Part shown: one piece after another, positions 58,401-64,000 of the stretch
How the letters are laid out: each line of letters opens with the position of its first letter
Numbering within the stretch: the first letter of the stretch is position 1
Assembly: GCA_964016885.1 (NCBI GenBank)
Contig: OZ024740.1
Location: 418,066,001 to 418,130,000 of the forward strand
Origin: Eledone cirrhosa
Lineage: Eukaryota
Length of the DNA stretch: 64,000 bases
Direction: 5' to 3'
Made by a program: the position numbers and the translations under genes
Notes under the pieces: generated by a model
The model's database searches: none
The model's input: the letters and a program-made list of their open reading frames with translations, nothing else
What the model was told of the DNA's origin: nothing

Positions 58401-61400
58401 AGTGTCCACTTCAATGACATCTGACATAGTGAAACTGACATCTTTTGGTATGTAGTCTACATGAGTGACAGAGGATAGTAAAGGCCTGACAGACTGTGAA
58501 CTTCAATGACATCTTCCATAGTGAAACAGACATCTTTTGGTATGTAGTCTACATGAGCGACAGAGGATAGTGTTGGCCTGACAGACTGTCCACTTCAATG
58601 ACATCTGCCATTGTAAAACTGACATCTTTTGGTATGTAGTTTACATGAGAGACAGAGGATAGTAAAGGCCTGACAGACCGTCCACTTCAATGACATCTGC
58701 CATAGTGAAACTGACATTTTTTGGTATGTACTCTACATGAAAGACAGAGGATAGTAAAGGCCTGACAGACTGTCCACTTCAATGAGATCTGCCTTAGTGA
58801 TACTGACATCTTTTGGTATGTAGTCTACATGAGAGACAGAGGATAGTAAAGGCCTGACAGATTGTTCATTACAATGAGATCTGCCATAGTGAAACTGACA
58901 TTTTTTGGTATGTAGTCTACATGAGAGACAGAGGAAAGTATAGGACTGACAGACTGTCCACTTCAATGACATCTGCCATAGTGTAACTGACATCTTTTGG
59001 TATGTAGTCTACATGAGAGACAGAGGATAGTAAAGGCCTGACAGACTGTCCACTTCAATGACATCTGCCATAGTGAAACTGACATCTTTTGGTATGTAGT
59101 CTACATGAGAGACAGAGGATAGTAAAGGCCTGACAGATTGTCCACTTCAATGACATATGACATAGTGAATCTGACATCTTTTGGTATGTAGTCTACATGA
59201 AAGACAGAGGATAATAAAGGCCTGACAGACTGTGAACTTCAATGACATCTGACATTGTGAATCTGACATCTTTTGGTATGTAGTCTACATGAGAGACAGA
59301 GGATAGTAAAGGCCTGAGAGATTGTCCACTTCAATGACATCTGCCATAGTGAAACTGACATCTTTTGGTATGTAGTCTACATGAGAGACAGAGGATAGTA
59401 TAGGCCTGACAGACTGTCCACTTCAATGACATCTGCCATAGTGAAACTGACATCTTTTGGTATGTAGCCTACATGAGAGACAGAGCATAGTAAAGGCCTG
59501 ACAGACTGTCCACTTCAATGACATCTGCCATAGTGAAACTGACATCTTTTGGTATGTAGTCTACATGAGAGACAGAGGATAGTAAAGGCCTGACAGACTG
59601 TCCAATTCAATGACATCTGCCATAGTGAAACTGACATCTTTTGGTATGTTGTCTACATGAGAGACAGAGGATAGTAAAGGCCTGACAGACTGTGAACTTC
59701 AATGACATCTGCCATAGTGAAACTGACATCTTTTGGTATGTAGTCTACATGAAAGACAGAGGATAGTAAAGGACTGACAGTTTGTCCACTTCAATGACAT
59801 CTGCCATAGTGAAACTGACGTTTTTTGGTATGTAGTCTACATGAGAGACAGAGGATAGTATAGGCTTGACAGACTGTCCACTTCAATGATATCTGCCATT
59901 GTAAAACTGACATCTGTTGGTATGTAGTTTACATGAGAGACAGAGGATAGTAAAGGCCTGACAGACCGTCCACTTCAATGACATCTGCCATAGTGAAACT
60001 GACATCTTTTGGTATGTAGTCAACATGAGAGACAGAGGATAGTAAAGGCCTGACAGACTGTCCACTTCAATGATATCTGCCATTGTAAAACTGACATCTG
60101 TTGGTATGTAGTTTACATGAGAGACAGAGGATAGTAAAGGCCTGACAGACCGTCCACTTCAATGACATCTGCCATAGTGAAACTGACATCTTTTGGTATG
60201 TAGTCAACATGAGAGACAGAGGATAGTAAAGGCCTGACAGACTGTCCACTTCAATAAGATCTGCCATAGTGAAACTGACATCTTTTGGTATGTAGTCTAC
60301 ATGAGAGACAGAGGATAGTAAAGGCCAGACTGACTGTCCACGTCAATGACATCTGCCACAGTGAAACAGACATCTTTTGGTACGTAGTCTACATGAGAGA
60401 CAGAGGATAGTAAAGGCCTGACAGACTGTCCACTTCAATGACATCTGCCATAGTGAAACTGACATCTTTTGGTATGTAGTCTACATGAGAGACAGAGGAT
60501 AGTAAAGGCCTGACAGACTGTCCAATTCAATGACATCTGTAATAGTGAAACTGACATCTTTTGGTATGTAGTCTACATGAGTGACAGAGGATAGTAAAGG
60601 CCTGACAGACTGTGAACTTCAATGACATCTTCCATAGTGAAACAGACATCTTTTGGTGTGTAGTCTACATGAGCGACAGAGAATAGTGTTGGCCTGACAG
60701 ACTGTCCACTTCAATGACATCTGCCATTGTAAAACTGACATCTTTTGGTATGTAGTTTACATGAGAGACAGAGGATAGTAAAGGCCTGACAGACCGTCCA
60801 CTTCAATGACATCTGCCATAGTGAAACTGACATTTTTTGGTATGTACTCTACATGAAAGACAGAGGATAGTAAAGGCCTGACAGACTGTCCACTTCAATG
60901 AGATCTGCCTTAGTGATACTGACATCTTTTGGTATGTAGTCTACATGAGAGACAGAGGATAGTAAAGGCCTCACAGATTGTTCATTACAATGAGATCTGC
61001 CATAGTGAAACTGACATTTTTTGGTATGTAGTCTACATGAGAGACAGAGGAAAGTATAGGACTGACAGACTGTCCACTTCAATGACATCTGCCATAGTGT
61101 AACTGACATCTTATGGTATGTAGTCTACATGAGAGACAGAGGATAGTAAAGGCCTGACAGACTGTCCACTTCAATGACATCTGCCATAGTGAAACTGACA
61201 TCTTTTGGTATGTAGTCTACATGAGAGACAGAGGATAGTAAAGGCCTGACAGATTGTCCACTTCAATGACATCTGACATAGTGAAACTGACATCTTTTGG
61301 TATGTAGTCTACATGAGAGACAGAGGATAGTATAGGCCTGACAGACTGTCCACTTCAATGACATCTGCCATAGTGAAACTGACATCTTTTGGTATGTAGC

Positions 61401-63313
61401 CTACATGAGAGACAGAGCATAGTAAAGGCCTGACAGACTGTCCACTTCAATAACATCTGCCATAGTGAAACTGACATCTTTTGGTATGTAGTCTACATGA
61501 GAGACAGAGGATAGTAAAGGCCTGACAGACTGTCCACTTCAATGACATCTGCCACAGTGAAACTGACATCTTTTGGTATGTAGTCTACATGAGAGACAGA
61601 GGATAGTAAAGGCCTGACAGACTGTCCACTTCAATGACATCTGCCATAGTGAAACTGACATCTTTTGGTATGTAGTCTACATGAGAGACAGAGGAAAGTA
61701 TAGGACTGACAGACTGTCCACTTCAATGACATCTGCCATAGTGAAACTGACATTTTTTGGTATGTACTCTACATGAAAGACAGAGGATAGTAAAGGCCTG
61801 ACAGACTGTCCACTTCAATGACATCTGCCTTAGTGAAACTGACATCTTTTGGTATGTAGTCAACATGAAATATAGGATATTAAAGGCCTCACAGACTGTC
61901 CACTTCAATGACATCTGACATAGTGAATCTCACATCTTTTGGTATGTAGTCTCCATGAAAGACGGAGGATAGTAAAGGCCTGACAGACTGTGAACTTCAA
62001 TGACATTTGCCATAGTGAAACTGACATCTTTTGGTATGTAGTCTACATGAGAGACAGAGGATAGTAAAGGTCTGACAGATTGTCCACTTCAATGACATCT
62101 GCCATAGTGAAACTGACATCTTTAGGTATGTTGTCTACATGAGAGACAGAGGATAGTAAAGGCCTGAGAGATTGTCCACTTCAATGACATCTGCCATAGT
62201 GAAACTGACATCTTTTGGTATGTAGTCTACATGAGAGACAGAGGATAGCATAGGCCTGACAGATTGTCCACTTCAATGCCCTCTGCCATAGTGAAACTGA
62301 CATCTTTTGGTATGTAGTCTACATGAAAAACAGAGGATAGTAAAGACCTGACAGACTGTGAACTTCAATGACATCTGCCATAGTGAAACTGACATTTTTT
62401 GGAATGTAGTCTACATGAAAGACAGAGGATAGTAAAGGCCTGAGAGATTGTCCACTTCAATGACATCTGCCATAGTGAAACTGACATATATTGGTATGTA
62501 GTCTACATGAGAGACAGAGGATAGTATAGGCCTGACAGACTGTCCACTTCAATGACATCTGCCATAGTGAAACTGACATCTTTTGGTATGTAGTCTACAT
62601 GAGAGACAGAGGATAGTAAAGGCCAGACTGACTGTCCACGTCAATGACATCTGCCATAGTGAAACAGACATCTTTTGATATGTAGTGTACATGAGAAACA
62701 GAGGATAGTAAAGGCCTGACAGACCGTCCACTTCAATGACATGTGCCATATTGAAACTGACATCTTTTGGTATGTAGTCTACATGAGAGACAGAGCATAG
62801 TAAAGGCCTGACAGACTGTCCACTTCAATGACATCTGCCATAGTGAAACTGACATATTTGGTATGTAGTCTACATGAGAGACAGAGGATAGTAAAGGCCT
62901 GACAGACTGTCCACTTCAATGACATCTGCCTTAGTGAAACTGACATCTTTTGGTATGTAGTCAACATGAAATATAGGATATTAAAGGCCTCACAGACTGT
63001 CCACTTCAATGACATCTGACATAGTGAATCTCACATCTTTTGGTATGTAGTCTCCATGAAAGACGGAGGATAGTAAAGGCCTGACCGATTGTCCACTTCA
63101 ATGACATCTGCCATAGTGAAACTGACATCTTTAGGTATGTTGTCTACATGAGAGACAGAGGATAGTAAAGGCCTGAGAGATTGTCCACTTCAATGACATC
63201 TGTCATAGTGAAACTGACATCTTTTGGTATGTAGTCTACATCAGAGACAGAGGATAGCATAGGCCTGACAGATTTTCCACTTCAATGACATCTGCCATAG
63301 TGAAACTGACATC
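55440..63313. repeat. Dispersed copy of a 6-7 monomer block (about 55440-56050 and 62703-63313; partial copy at about 61820-61980)
   Basis: ORFs 55516/62779 are identical and offset by 7263 (79x92-5). Private variants: GAAATATAGGATATT, GAATCTCACAT, CTCCATGAAAGACGG. Confidence 0.85.
58440..61276. repeat. About 8-monomer block repeated at a 23-monomer (2,116-bp) offset, with a dimer duplication (184 bp) at about 59880-60250
   Basis: ORFs 58733/60849 are identical and offset by 2116 (23x92). ORFs 59883/60067 are offset by 184. Confidence 0.85.
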
Positions 63314-64000
63314 TTTTGGTATGTAGTCTACATGAGAGACAGAGGATAGTAAAGGCCTGACAGATTGTCCACTTCAATGACATCTGCCATAATGAAACTG
63401 ACATCTTTTGGTATGTAGTCTACATGAGAGACAGAGGATAGCATAGGCCTGACAGATTGTCCACTTCAATGCCCTCTGCCATAGTGAAACTGACAACTTT
63501 TGGTATGTAGTCTACATGAAAAACAGAGGATAGTAAAGACCTGACAGACTGTGAACTTCAATGACATCTGCCATAGTGAAACTGACATTTTTTGGAATGT
63601 AGTCTACATGAAAGACAGAGGATAGTAAAGGCCGGAGAGATTGTCCACTTCAATGACATCTGCCATAGTGAAACTGACATATATTGGTATGTAGTCTACA
63701 TGAGAGACAGAGGATAGTATAGGCCTGACATACTGTCCACTTCAATGACATCTGCCATAGTGAAACTGACATCTTTTGGTATGTAGTCTACATGAGAGAC
63801 AGAGGATAGTATAGGCCTGACAGACTGTCAACTTCAATGACATCTGCCATAGTGAAACTGACATCTTTTGGTATGTAGTCTACATGAGAGACAGAGGATA
63901 GTAAAGGCCTGACAGACTGTCCACTTCAATGACATCTGTCATAGTGTAACTGACATCTTTTGGTATGTAGTCTACATGAGAGACAGAGGATAGTAAAGGC

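Larger units (their letters stand above)
1..64000. repeat. 92-bp tandem satellite array, 697 full monomers plus a 19-bp partial, single orientation, open at both window edges
   Basis: GACAGAGGAT starts at 1, 93, ... and the last copy starts at 63982. Every line matches the consensus apart from a few substitutions or 1-2 bp indels. Arithmetic check: 697x92-143=63981. Confidence 0.99.

Noticed and set aside
1141-63015. All ORFs in the supplied track as protein-coding genes
   Set aside because: They are mosaics of the reading frames of the 92-bp monomer, extended only where a SNP or indel removes a stop. The unit is not a multiple of 3, there is no unique flanking sequence, and their recurrence simply tracks the HORs.
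1-64000. CRISPR array or repeat-spacer system
   Set aside because: There are no unique spacers. The more variable part of the monomer differs only by a few SNPs, and no cas genes or leader are present.
1-64000. CENP-B box or simple telomeric repeat
   Set aside because: The CENP-B box needs TTCG....A..CGGG and the consensus has no CpG. No TTAGGG or TTAGG tandem runs are seen; TTAGG occurs only as an isolated SNP variant.
1-64000. Embedded transposon, inversion or unique island
   Set aside because: Monomer phase can be followed from start to end with only 1-2 bp indels, leaving no room for foreign sequence. No reverse-orientation monomer was seen.

Overview
The whole window is one uninterrupted, head-to-tail tandem array of a 92-bp monomer. 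The + strand consensus, in phase with position 1, is GACAGAGGATAGTAAAGGCCTGACAGACTGTCCACTTCAATGACATCTGCCATAGTGAAACTGACATCTTTTGGTATGTAGTCTACATGAGA (39/92 G+C, no CpG). Tracking indels by hand gives 697 complete monomers plus 19 bp, with a net loss of 143 bp relative to perfect 92-mers. I saw no unique sequence, inversion, insertion element, RNA gene or credible protein-coding gene; all listed ORFs are translations of the monomer. The window looks like eukaryotic satellite DNA, possibly centromeric, pericentromeric or subtelomeric (inference; I do not recognise the family or host). The informative signal is in the variants, which show nested higher-order repeats (HORs) of variable size, from about 2 to 69 monomers. 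These include a 6,338-bp tandem duplication, a central run of 42-51-mer units, and a block repeated 29,360 bp apart around that run. Within the monomer there is a ~21-bp GACA sub-periodicity, two odd-centred palindromes and a strong strand asymmetry in stop codons. I found no evidence for a new protein-based system. Block boundaries were read by eye and are approximate to about one monomer.
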